From Perna viridis (lineage: Eukaryota): 64,000 bases of DNA. The first letter of the stretch is position 1. Each line of letters starts with the position of its first letter. Location: the NCBI GenBank assembly GCA_037379345.1, contig CM074513.1, forward strand, positions 36,514,885 to 36,578,884, written 5' to 3'. The notes under the pieces are model-generated. The model was given only the letters and a program-made list of their open reading frames with translations. It had not been told where the DNA came from and made no database searches. This document shows, piece by piece, positions 1 through 12,538 of this stretch. The translations under genes were made by a program, and so were the position numbers.

Positions 1-2679
1 ATTGACAGAATATGACTGCAAATTTACATATATTCCTGACAATATGCACATCCCAATGCTGCAAGCTATTTAGAAAATAAGGTGAAACGTATATAATTTG
101 CGGGAGGTATAATTAAATTATTTGAGTTCGGTTGGATTATTATCGTTCACCTTCATCATAAGTCTAAGTATTAAATTCGATATTTTTTGCTGTTATTTCA
201 CTTCAGGAACTAACCATTTATACGACCGTATATTTTTCGTACAATGGTACCCCCCCCCCCCTCACGGTCGCCGTCGTTGGCGTCCATTAACTTTTGATTA
301 TTCACGAAAACTTTAGTACCATTTATCAACTCATTTTGAAATTTTAACACCATGTTCCTAAGGGCATGTCAGAGGGTCCTGTAGTTTTGGAAGTTTTTGC
401 CCTACCCCTATTGGAAATAAGATTTCCAATCTTTTCAATAAGATTTCAGATTTCACTTATGGTTTTTGAGTTATATGGGGTCAAAGGCCACATCCCAAAG
501 AATCGACTTTTTATTTCAGGTCCGTTTTTGAAAACTTTGAATTAAACTTAAATTTCTGCGCTTTATTGTGTCCAAACTTCTTGTCGTATCCATAATGAAC
601 TTAAGTCCATGTGCTTAAGTGTGTCAAAAACTTGTATTGTGTCTACACTCAGACGCGTTTTTTTAAAGATAAAATACATCCAGGAGAGGCATAAATGATG
701 CTCTAAAACGCTATCTCCGCGGAGCTTCGGGGGGACCCCCTGCCAGGGTTCGACCGCTGTGGTCATATCACGCTGCGCTCCACAAAGCTCCAGAAAATCT
801 ATGAAATTATACTCTCTGACAACGCTAGTATAACTTCTATGAAAGAGTCCCGTATTAATTAGTAGATTTGATATCAGAGGAATACATACAATCGATAAAC
901 TTTTTCACAGTTTCTTTAATATAAAGAGAGGGACTTGAAGCAAGCCTATTTCTAATTTTAAAGGATATATTTAGTTAACAAAATATTAGATGCAACTTTT
1001 CAGTCATAAACATTGTCTACACCTGAGATTAGTCATGCAGTGACTTCGAATATCAGTAAATCGTGGTATACTATAAAATATTCCTACCTTATAATAAGAT
1101 GGAAATTCCAAGTCAACTTTTGTTGACCCTTCACTGTTATCCTAACAATGTTAAAATATTTCGATTACTTAATGTATGACACACGAAACATCAACTATTT
1201 TCATACTATTTTTTAAAATCCAAGTGCAAATTTAATACAGGTATAATATCGGAAAATTGACAGCGTATTCAAGTAGGTGTAACATACATGAGGAAAGAAA
1301 GGAGTCAATATACATTACCTACACGCTCGAAGTAATTCAAAATATAATAGTTCCGGGTTTTCCATGGCTATTTTTATAGGACCAATCCTTTCACATTCTT
1401 AATGAATATTCACTTAACAAGTAGTATGACTATTGGGGGTATGTAGGTTTCATCCCGCCCGTCTGTCTGTCCGAACTATATTCTAAGCAGCTTGTTGCAT
1501 TGTTATGAAACCTTGTGAGATGTAATATAATCGCATGGAGACGTGCATAGTGTCAGGAATTTATGTTTGGTGAAAAAAAGGGGTTATGTCCAGTTTAAAT
1601 TCAGTTACACATTATCAGCTGTGATTATATATTTTAACTCTTAAATTTGCAAAAAAAAAAAAAAAAAAAATGGAAAATACGTCGATTTGGTACAAATGTA
1701 ATACATGTATATACTTTCAAAAAACTGGACCAGAAAATCATATGATATTTTTTAATCGCATTCCAACATTATTTTGTTGCACCAGGTTTAAGTTTTTCCT
1801 AGTGGTATTTGAAATAATTTTTGTGTCACTTTCTTTAACCTTAACTACACGAGGAACGGCACTTGTTTTAAATTTCTGCTTACTGTTACTGTCTTCAGGA
1901 ACAGATCAAAGATTTAAGGTTCGAGGATACCAGGCAAGAAAATTTTTGGGGAATAGAATTTGTGAAAAACAAGAATTCATGCAAAAAATGTTTAAGGGTA
2001 CATCCGGCACGCCCATCCGTGGATCCGCGCCAGGCATTTATTTCTTTTAAATTCCGTTTGGACACCTATTTCCAAAAGAACATTTATTAGTATATATAAA
2101 ATAGGTTACTCCAATCAATTTGAAATCAGCTCTTATGATTTTAATTTTAGATTGAGGTTATCCAAATTTAAAATTTCGCAAAATTTCAAATAGGTTTATT
2201 TGACTTTATTTTAGGACCAAATTATGTATGAAACGAACATATCCTTAAATCAATATTTTAACTTTTATTTACTTGGCGTAAAATTCTAGACACGAGGCTA
2301 AGTGCCTGTACGGACCCTGAAAAATATGAAAAAAACAGCAAAATAATATAACTCCATAAAAATCCTTTTTTATCGAAGACGACAGAATATCCACTGCTTT
2401 TCTACCCCGGGGCATGTGTGTGTGTGTGTGGGGGGGGGGGTGTTGTTGTTAAGGTATATATGTGACCGGAACCTATTTTGGGAAATCATACCCTGTCGAT
2501 GGCATTCAAAGGTAAAATGTTATACTGATACACTGCTACATATTGCTACACTACACTACTTTCACCCCTGAAATTTAGTAAGCGTTAGTTTAACGCGTTG
2601 AAACAGAAGGTGATTTGTAACGGACCCTAGGCATGACAAGTAATTTATATGAATACATTCCATTATAAAATTATGTAAA

Positions 2680-3420
2680 GAGTAATCAAGGGAACCAAGA
2701 TTCTAGCGGAAATTAAAAAGTAATAATTCAGGGACAGACATGGAAAACAGACACACAATCAAAATAATACATACAAAGTAACAAAAGTAAATGAGCAACT
2801 CGGACTCCACTAAAAACTGGGACCATAGACCAGGTGCACCGGTAAGGTAAGCGTCCTCTGCTTTTCTAGAAACACCCGCCGAGTTGCTCATAAAAAGTCA
2901 AGTCCAGAGTAGACGAGGGATGAAATGAAAACTATGACACATTGAACAAAACAGTTTTCATGGTAGAGATGGATATACCCTAATAATCCACGAGTTCATG
3001 ATGACGACCATAAAACTTCTGTAGTGCGATGACTTCAATTTTGTAGCAACATAAGCCTGTTCCTGAAGCCTAATTGTAAGAAGTCTAGCGCGATACAAAA
3101 AGTTTGCGTAGTTACCACAAGCTCTGGCATATCGTATGATATAGTTCTGATATGAAACCTCCAAACGCATGTGCTGAATGGATATTGCCACATATGAAAA
3201 GAGAATTGACAATACGAAATAAAAAAGCCATCGCTTTTGTTAGTCAGAATTTCCTCTGACCCTGCAACCCTCCTTTTTTTATTTGGATATTGAATCCGAC
3301 ATATCAATATCCAAATAAAAAAAGGAGGGTTGCAGGGTCAGAGGAAATTCGGACTACGCTTTTGTCGAATAGTTTGGTCAATAGTTTTCCAATAGTAAAA
3401 GTAATCTTTAATTGACAAGG
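2680..3420 (-). mobile_element. 3' fragment of the same Penelope-like family, interrupted by a MITE
   Basis: Colinear with 28905-29480 (IRYARAC, conserved 3' block GAGCAACTCGGCGGGTGTTTCTAGAAAAGCAGAGGACGC). Confidence 0.85.
3241..3356. mobile_element. 116-bp foldback MITE with 9-bp TSD (AcademH-like or Mutator-like)
   Basis: About 53-bp near-perfect inverted arms with TAG...CTA termini. CGCTTTTGT is duplicated at 3232-3240 and 3357-3365. The empty site is visible in the paralogous copy near 29432. Confidence 0.85.
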
Positions 3421-3691
3421 GTTAAAATTGCAACCCTGACCATATGACAGGTCGTTTGTGAAAAATGGACCCTGTTTTGCGGCAGTACATACATACTACT
3501 CGATCATTTCCGCCACAACATTCTTTTGTGTAACGAGAAAGTCTGGGGAGTTCCGTTTGTAGTAAGTTGATTATTGTTCTTTTGTGTAATGAGAAAGTGT
3601 GAGGAGTTCCGATTGTTGAATGCCCTTTTCTTAAATTAACTCCCCTGTATGTTGAGGAATTTTATTTAGCACAGGTACCGGGAGCAGCAGC

Positions 3692-3812
3692 CCTTTTCAC
3701 AAAAAATCGTAAGAGTAAAATTAGTCGTAAGTTATGACGTCACGATACTTTTATTTACTATAACGTCATAACTTACGACTAATTTTACACTTACGATTTT
3801 TTTGTGAAAAGG
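3692..3812. mobile_element. About 120-bp palindromic MITE
   Basis: CCTTTTCACAAAAAATCGTAAG...GTTATGACGT is mirrored by ACGTCATAAC...CTTACGATTTTTTTGTGAAAAGG. Confidence 0.75.
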
Positions 3813-4168
3813 ACCACCGAATTTTATCCTGTCACACGAGATAGAGAGAAATTATGTCCTTCCGTCTCCTCGACGGTTTGCAGATGCCATTAAACTTGAG
3901 AACGGATCCATATATCTACATATTAAGTTCAAAATCTGTTCATCTGTTCTTAAATTAATCCCAAGGTTTTTATTCAGTGTTTTCACTGAAATTATTATTA
4001 TTATTTCCTTTTTTCTCTAAGAAAATTATTTTTTAACCCCTCCCCCAAAATCAAAGGACTTGTACCTTACCACTGAAAATAAACATTTTATAACGCCAAT
4101 GCGTGAGTTTATAGCATATAGTATTTGTTCACAGAGATGTCGAGGATGTGCAACTGGTTGTTGTCCGC

Positions 4169-7100
4169 ATGGAATCCATATACAGAGTCACAAGCACAAA
4201 ACATATTAGAAAGAAAGATCATGGTTTGTATATTGATGAAGCATGTACCTTACTATAATTACTATATTATTTAAAAATGCTTCATTTGTATGTTATATGC
4301 TCAATACCTAATTTAACATTTGCTGTATGTTAATTAGTTCAAACCATGAATGTAGATTAACTTAGAAATTCAAGGTTACAGTCATAACCTTTTTGCTATA
4401 GTTAAGCATTTTTTTTTCTTCAAGGAATTGAAAGATTTTCAAAGTGTAGGTATCTCCTATGTCTTTGGCCATATTGATGTTATATATAGTACATTTTGTA
4501 ATGACAGAATGACCAAGTTGGTATATGTGTGTCTCTGAGAAATTTTGATCATACTTCAGTAATGGACGAAATGGAATTAGTGCTTAACACCATAGCTAAT
4601 AAGTCATGTTTTGTTGGAAACATTTTGAAAGGTAAATCTGTCTTAACATGCTAGACACATATGAACAGCTCAAAACCAAGTCAGTTTTAAGTCCAATATG
4701 TCTCTGAAAACTTCCTTACAAATGCATGCCTTTTTATTAGGTAAAAAAGAATAATGGGAAAATACTTTTTACTTTTAGTTAAAACATTTTTTGAGGTTTT
4801 CATGGCTGTGTCAGATTCATACTTAATTTTTAACACTTTCTTTACAAAAGATATTGGAAAAATAAGCCTGACACTTCAAGAATTCAAATTTGTTGTAGTC
4901 TTTGGATAAGGACTTAGAATATTAGGCGACAGAGGGTTATCTTTTTGATAGTAAATGCTAGTCAATTTTATTCTTTGAATGATGGATCTCTAAACCAAAA
5001 ATTAAGTTCAAAGATTTTGTTTTCATCAATATAAATTGTATTTTGAAAGTAAGAAAATTCATTTACTAAAAAGATAGCAAATGCAAAGGGTAAAGTTTAT
5101 CAATAGGTAAAAAAGATCTGTTGCTGGAGGGTAGTAATGTGGATTGTCTGAACATTGAAAAAAGCAAAGATTTAGAAACAACAGTGAAGGCAACTACTTT
5201 TGAGAAAGAGGATAAAAATACAGAAGATGGTGTTTATCTTGAAATGACTTATCAAAATAAACTTATGAAGGATAGTGTAGTATTGATGAATGAGAATGCT
5301 TCTGCAAATAAGTTTGAAAACCAGTTTGATATGAGAGTTTGTCCAATAAAAAATGAATCATCATCAGTTGAACTAATGAACATTGAAGGTCAACATCAGC
5401 TAGAAGTGCTACAGAATCATAGAAGTTCTGAAGAACTGTCCAAAACTGATGTTTACTTTACTAAACTCTGTCAAGTCCTTCACCAGCCTGTTTTTTATGA
5501 ATGTGAGACCTGTCAAAAGCATCTTCATACAGATGTACAAATTAGTGAAGAGTATGGAGAACATGACCAGTATATAGATGCTTTACCAAAGATATCAGAA
5601 AATCGAAGTAGTAGACCAGAAGAAAAAATAGAAAGTAAGATATGTTACAGGAACTATAGTCATTACAATCTCTTACTTAATTTAAGGTCTAATGTAAATG
5701 TTGTGACAAATATATAACTTAAATAATACCATGCTAAAGGCTTTGATGTTGTTAGCACTTATAATTGTGACCTATAATTGTTTTGTACAAAGCCGGTATA
5801 CATGAAAAGCATATTGAAATAAATAAAATATAACGTTATCTTTTTTCTTTAATCTTACATAATTTGTTCTTTTTATAAACTCAAGATGGCAATCATATAT
5901 TTATATTCAAGAAATTACTTCATTAATGAATAAATTAGTCTAGCAATTTTTATGAAGATATTGCAAAAGAGAAACAATATAGTCATTATCAAACCAATAA
6001 CAACAGTCATTTGTATTAAAAAAAATTTAGTTTCACCAAGGAATAAAGGTAACAGACAGATATGTAAAACCAACACAGACAGAGAAAATACGTGTAACTC
6101 AGCAAGGCCAGATTGTCAGGGACATGATTCCATAACAGCATTAAGGATAGACCAAAGATCACAGTCACATCATGAACCAAGAACCAAATCTGAATTAGAA
6201 CCAAGATCAAAGTCTGCTTTGATTTTAGACTATGGGAATCAGGCTAAGAGATATCTTCAGGAAAAATTCAACAAAGTATCTTTGTCTAAGATTAAATCCA
6301 GCACAAAATCAGTGACTTGGAAACTACAAGCAGAACATGACAGCAATATTGACGAGAGTGATCTCCCTTCACAAGGAACATCAGGATTAAATCAAGAAAA
6401 TGTGATAAATTTATATTAGACTTAGAATAATTAAATTTCCATATTGTGAACCATTTTTATTTAAATCAGGTCTAGAATGACTCAATCTAAGTAGCAAAGT
6501 ACATGTAACAACCATTCTTTTAACTTAAGTTTTCAAAATTAAGTTAACCCACTGTTTATGAAGTGTTGAGTACCCAGTTCTTTCCATGGAAATTCATTTT
6601 TCAGTCGGAACATCAGTCAGCCTTTCTGTTCTGATTGACTGCTAAGCTATTTTATCCCAGTTAAATATGATTACTTTAATAGGGATTGAAAGCTTAGAAC
6701 TAGGGGAAATGTGGGATAAAATAACTCTCAACCGAGTTGGAGTTAAGTGAGGGCAATCAAAATTAGCTCTTTCAGGTGCTAGTGTGAACCTTAAAATAGG
6801 GTGAAAAGTAAAATTGTTGCCTGGGAGATGTATGGCGTTCTGTGACATCATTTTGATGAATTTCCAGTCAGTAATTTTCAAATGGCTGATTTTAAAAAAA
6901 AATTGACTAAACAATAGAAGTTTGCCCTCATTTTACACTTTTCGGTAAACACAACATGTAGATATCATCGATTTTGGAATTGCTTAGAATACTTTTTATA
7001 GCCACCATGATGGCATTTTTATTTTTGACAAAGGGAAAATACCAAAATGGGACAGCTTAAGAACAATTGTGAACAAGAAGGAAATTGATCTGGATTAACT

Positions 7101-10100
7101 GACATGGGTTTGCCACAAGGCAATTTTTAAGTGTGATAGAGATATGATTTATAGTGCGGTATCAGGGATAAATCTTTCTTTATATTTTCACAGTCTCCTA
7201 GTGATGATGATATTAAAGAAGAAGACTTAGTTTATGGAGAAGAAGGATACAAACAATACAAGTTATTTACCAATGTATGTATACCCGAATATAGTAAATA
7301 TAAGAACATTGCAAAAATACTAAGGTTCTTTACACGAATACTGATATTTTTCATTTCAAATCTAGATCTTAAGTACAATTAATAATGATTATTTCTTGCT
7401 TTTATCTTCCCTGTTTTTTAATTTTTGTTTTAGATAGAAAGAGGGATACAGATAGAAGAAATATTTAACGAAAGAGAGAGAATAAGATCTCTCTATAGAC
7501 ACAGAATCAGCTCAATAAGGGAGATCATTGAAGTTGCCAGAGGTTTGATCAATTACATGTTTTCTCATCAGAAGCAAGAATATTCATAGGTTTGATCAGT
7601 TACATGTTTTCTCATCAGAAGCAAGTATATTCATAGGTTTGATCAGTTATATTTACATTGTATACCCAATGCAAACAAAGTTTCGGGGTTTATAGGGATC
7701 AGCCTGTCTGTCTGTCTGTCTTTTTGTCTGTTGGTCTGTCCACATTTCTTGAAAGTGTTACTCTTCCATAGCCACTCAAAGCATTCTGCTGAAAATTTGT
7801 AGGAAAATGAGGTGTCTTTATATGTATAGACGTGCATTAAGAAATGAAATTAATGTTGAAGAACTTAAAAGGGAAATAATCCAACTTTAGGCTTTTACAT
7901 GACCTCCTAAATGCAACTTCATAACTGCTCAAGGTATAACATGAAATAGCATCATATGCAGGTGTGTATAGAGGAATATAGTTTCAGAAGGAGAAAGTTT
8001 GATATGTTGTTTTTACATGCAACTCCACTTGAAGTGTGGGGGAGTATTTTCTACCTTAGAAGCTTGCTCACACTCAGACACAAGAAACATGGATACATCA
8101 TTCAATTTCACATAAAAGAGTCAGAAGATAAACAAAATGTGTTTCTTTGTTTATCATTCATAAAAACAAACCTAGGGTGCTGGACTTTGTGCAGGCGGTG
8201 TGCCATAGATGTCACAGCGGTACGAGTTCGAGTCCCGCGGAGGGAACGACCAAAAATTTGCATCGCAAATTTGACAGTTCTGACATTGTTGGGAATTTTT
8301 CAGACCTTTCTATACATTTACACATCTTCCCTGTATCAATTTGATCCGATGGAGCAGTGTATATATATATCATTTGATGATTGACAGATGCTGTGAGTAT
8401 CTGTGAAGACTTATACTGTCTTGTACTATTTTTATTTTCATAAAGGCTTACTAGCCATAATTTCTTAAAAGAATAATGTGTTTTAGTTTTAGAAAACTGT
8501 TTATCATGATTTTTTTTAAGCATATTACATTAATCCTGATGATCGAGCAGTAGAGGATTGGAGAAAATTGAAGGGAAGTTTAGGTGTGGATGATGAAGAC
8601 AAGAGTCAGACTTATATCAGAACTAAATTAGCAAAGTTACCAGATTTCATGCCAATGTTTACTTCATTCATAATTTTGGTAAGGTGCTAAAAGGTTTCAC
8701 ATTAATTTGACTGCATTTATTTTTTGGATAGGAAAAAAATTGTAGTTGACTAAGAAGGGTTCATAATTTAATTTGTAAGTAATCTTATTTCTTAGCCATG
8801 ATGGTGTGACTTGTTTCCTTTGCAGGGGTTAGTTTCACACATAGTTCATTACTCATTTCACGAAAAAAACTAAATATTTTTTGTAATAAAAATATTGTAA
8901 TATTAGTTTTGGTAATTGCTATTACATGTACAAACAATTTCATCATTTTTTTTGTTGGTAAAAATATTTCAGGACAGTTTCTGAATTTACAGCACTGTAT
9001 AATAATAATAATAATCATCATCATCATAATAATCATGTTAATCATTCTATTCATACCTTCATATTCAAAGTACAATTTAATAATGAACTTTCAGGCCCAA
9101 CTTGTAACCTGTGGAGTATTGATTATCCTTGGTGGTCTAACTGACATTGGTATTGAGCCTAAAGTTGTTCACAAAGGGGATATACAGACTTTTCTAGGGA
9201 TTGAGACCGTTCATAAGTGGACTGCACCGAACGTATGGATAGGACCATCTAATGCTTTTATCATAAGTATGTAGAAGTAGTTATAGATCCTTCTGATACA
9301 TGATATACCTATAACATATATGTTTTTAAAAATTAATGGAAAACATGCAGATATTCATTTGAAGCAATTTTTTATTTCCATTTCACAAATATAGTTGTTC
9401 ATTTGTCAGAGCTATTTACTTTCACTGATTTTTCATAGTTTCTACGAATTTCAACTGCAATCGATGTTCTAATGATTATGAATCCCTGCCAAGTACCTAT
9501 GTTACAAAAAATAACAAAACTCAGGTTTTACGGATCATTTTCATAAAATACAGCAACAAATACAGTTTAAAAGCATAAATAGGTCATCAGTACTTGATAG
9601 GTCATTTATCAATTATGTTTGACTCACCAACATATAAAGTAGTGAAGGATGAAGACATAGGATGGAATGGTCAGAACACAGCTTCATCCTCTAGCATTGC
9701 TAGTGTAAATACAAGTTACTCATACTGTAGAAGGATTATTGTTTAGGGAGGGTATCAGTTTTCATAATTTTCATGGTTTGACGTATGTAATACACTGTTT
9801 ATTGTCCTTGCTTTATTGACAAGGTGTAGGGGCATTTTTCTCACCATGCATGAGGGATGATATTGAAATACACTTGTTGTCATTGGGAAAGAATTATTCT
9901 ACAACTGATGAGCTTGGGTGTTGTGAGTTGGACAAAAGGAATACTGCTGCTACTACTACGGAATTGGAATGTTTAGAGCTTACTTTGGGTACCATGTATA
10001 AATATTTGTATTTTTTATTTTACTTTCCATAGAATATTAATGGACTAGATTAAAAAGTTAGCTTTAAGGGGAGATAACTTAGTTCTCTATGAATCTATCC

Positions 10101-12538
10101 ATTTAGGAAAATGCAAGAGTTGTTTATTCAAAATTAAGTTTAAATTGTGCTTTCGGTGTTGTTACTATGCAAATATGGCTCTAATTATAGATAAATAGAA
10201 TTCTAAGTAAAAAAGTTCTAATGTTTTTAACAATTTTGATGTGTATTTGTTCCCAGGCTGAGTCACAACAAAGACTTTAAAATTGGTAGTCACTGCTTTT
10301 CCGCCAACGTGCAGTATTTAATGGGATAGACTGTGATGACTGGTTGGCTCAGAGTCAGGATAATGTATCAGATTGGAGTGGCATGCCTACCTGTTGGCTG
10401 TTGCCTCTTTCAGCAAACTCCGTGTGTCTGACTTGTACAAAGCAGGGTTGGATTGGTTAGAAGTTCTCGTCCTGAAATATATGAAATAATTCACATGGGA
10501 TATTAAACCTTAATCAATCAATATACACATTTTTTAGTAAATGAACTTTCAAGCTTTGTATTGGTTGTATATTGATATTTGTTTCACCATAATACTACAT
10601 GTATTAACTTACAAGATTAAATAATTATTAAGGAGTGGGCACATGGAAGTCTGGTGTTAGGTGTAGTGAGAGGATTTCTGGTGAGAACAGTGTGTTTCAC
10701 AACCTCAAACCTTGCTGTTACAACTTTAGGAGTGAATGTATGCTGACCACACATGAACATTGTGTATTTCTTGGAGGATTTTATTCAAAACATGGTCCAG
10801 AACACTGCAGTGAGGTAATATATGATGATAATTGTATACATGCAAAATATATATGCTTTAATTACTTTTAAGGAATAGATTATACTTTTAAATCTACATT
10901 TATTTATTTGAAGAGTACTTTTATAATCCATAGAAAAACACCTTCCCTGATTTTAAGGTAATCATTCTTATTTTTATAAGACTGACTATTCTATGAGAAT
11001 CTACCATATCAGTTGAAAAGAATTTACTTTTTGTGCAGTGAATGCATTGTTTTGATTTTATTTAATGAACATTGTGCTTGATATAGATGTAAGATGCTAT
11101 ATCAGCTACATAGTTCCTAGAGATTCAGATGATTTTATTAAGGGCAATATATTAGAAATTTAAAAACCAATTCCAGATGAAAAATAATTTTCAGTGTATA
11201 TCACTCTTGAATTGTAAACCCTTGAACAAGGCTCAGATTTGCTAAAGGAAAAAAAATGGTTCTGACCAAGGAGTATAGAATAATGTGTTTACATTTTGAT
11301 CAGAACAATGCCAGTATTTTTATTGCATTGTTGCAGTTTGTCGGAATTATATTTTTAAGAACTATGTGTATAAAATTAAATCTTGTAGGTAAACTGCTTG
11401 AGTGATATCTGCAGTATGGGTGGACTTGATCCTAATTCAGATCAGCCTTGGCTAGCTAACAAACCCAGACAGTGGTGGAGAATCCCTCTTTCCATTATAT
11501 ATCATCATGGTGTAATACATGTAGTAGTTGTCTGTATCATGGAGTTCTTAATCATGAGAGTTATGGAGAAGTCTGTAGGATGGTTGCGTATCATGCTGGT
11601 GTATGTACTGAGTGGTATAGGAGGTATTTTGGTAAGGACACTTTATCTTTCTTTCAATGTATTGACAAGCACAAGTTTAATTCACATACTGTCAAGTAAT
11701 TTGTTGGAAGGGTTTTACATACAGATGATAATGAACCTGACCGTTCTTCATTATTTACTGCTTACAGTGAATCATCATTGCAAGTTAAAAATGGTCTAGT
11801 GAATTAAATTACACCACAAAGTATAGAGTGATGAAGACTGCAATTATCTTGTATGTCAGTCTGTCAATTCACACTTTTTCTGCAGTATATTTAAAGAGAA
11901 TGGTTTGAACAATGTGACATAAGCACTACAAATTTTAAAAACTTTTATCTACACATATTTCAGAAATGTAGAAAAACTATAAAGGAGTATTAGAAAAAAA
12001 GTAGAACAAAATAATTAATTGATAATAATAATTTTTTTGTTGTTCATTTTGGTTTGTTCACAAAATTTTGGTTTTTTTTTTTTAGGCTGCAGCCATATTT
12101 GAACCATATATTGCTCATGTGGGAGGTATAGGATCAGTGTGTGGACTATTGGGTGTCACTGTGGTGGAGATTCTCTTACTTTGGAGATTTATCAATAGAC
12201 CATTCATGGAGCTGCTCAAAGTACTATTTGTAATTTTATTATTTCTCCTCTCTGGGACACTTCCATTTATTAGTATATACACTGTCCTTTCGGGACTTTT
12301 GATAGGAGTGTGTTCAGCACTTGTAGTTCTACCGTGTGTAAGTTTTAGTAAGATATCTCGCCATACCCGGAATGTCCTAATGGTAATGTGTATTCTAATA
12401 TTGTTTGGGATGTATTTTATATTAATTTTTGTCTTCTTCAAGATACAGATTGTTGAGAACTGCTACTATTGTATTCTTATGAATTGTGTACCTTACACAG
12501 ATGATATATGTAGTAAGGACTATGGTAGCTTAAGTTAA
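4169..12538 (+). CDS. Inactive rhomboid (iRhom/RHBDF-like pseudoprotease), multi-exon, about 860 aa
   Basis: Phase-compatible GT-AG exons. Confident: 7194-7274, 7434-7542, 8521-8678, 9095-9266, 9824-9988, 10633-10814, 11389-11631, 12086-12538. Less certain N-terminal exons: 4169-4223, 4560-4631, 5107-5634, 6031(or 5944)-6401. The translation has iRhom hallmarks: TM1 LPDFMPMFTSFIIL, luminal PNVWIGPS...GAFFSPCMR, a Cys-rich loop (GCC, PCC, C..LGG, CLSDIC), QWWR..SIIYHHGVIH, EKSVGWLR..YVLSGIGG, and C-terminal C..C...NCVPYT...C. Confidence 0.8.
7541..7650. repeat. 47-bp tandem repeat (2.3 copies) beginning at a splice donor
   Basis: AGGTTTGATCA(A/G)TTACATGTTTTCTCATCAGAAGCAAG(A/T)ATATTCAT starts at 7541, 7588 and 7635. 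Confidence 0.85.
7657..8060 (+). mobile_element. Degenerate HINE-like element with (GTCT)n
   Basis: TTGTATACCC...GGGGTTTATAGG head followed by (CTGT)n. Similar heads occur at about 1430, 31145 and 41152. Confidence 0.5.
8171..8372 (+). mobile_element. Solo copy of the tRNA-like / Penelope-associated repeat in an iRhom intron
   Basis: Near-identical to 35848-35985 (reverse complement) and 36173-36312; ends in (TA)n. Confidence 0.75.
10250..10522 (+). mobile_element. 5'-truncated SINE (Meta-domain-like) in an iRhom intron
   Basis: AAAGACTTTAAAATTGGTA...TGCTTTTCCGCC...GACTGGTTGGCTCAGAGTCAGGATAATGT body and (CAAT)n tail resemble molluscan SINEs as I recall them; not verified. Confidence 0.5.

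Noticed and set aside
8785-9094. Poly-Ile/Met ORFs
   Set aside because: Translation of an intronic (ATA)n(ATC)n microsatellite.
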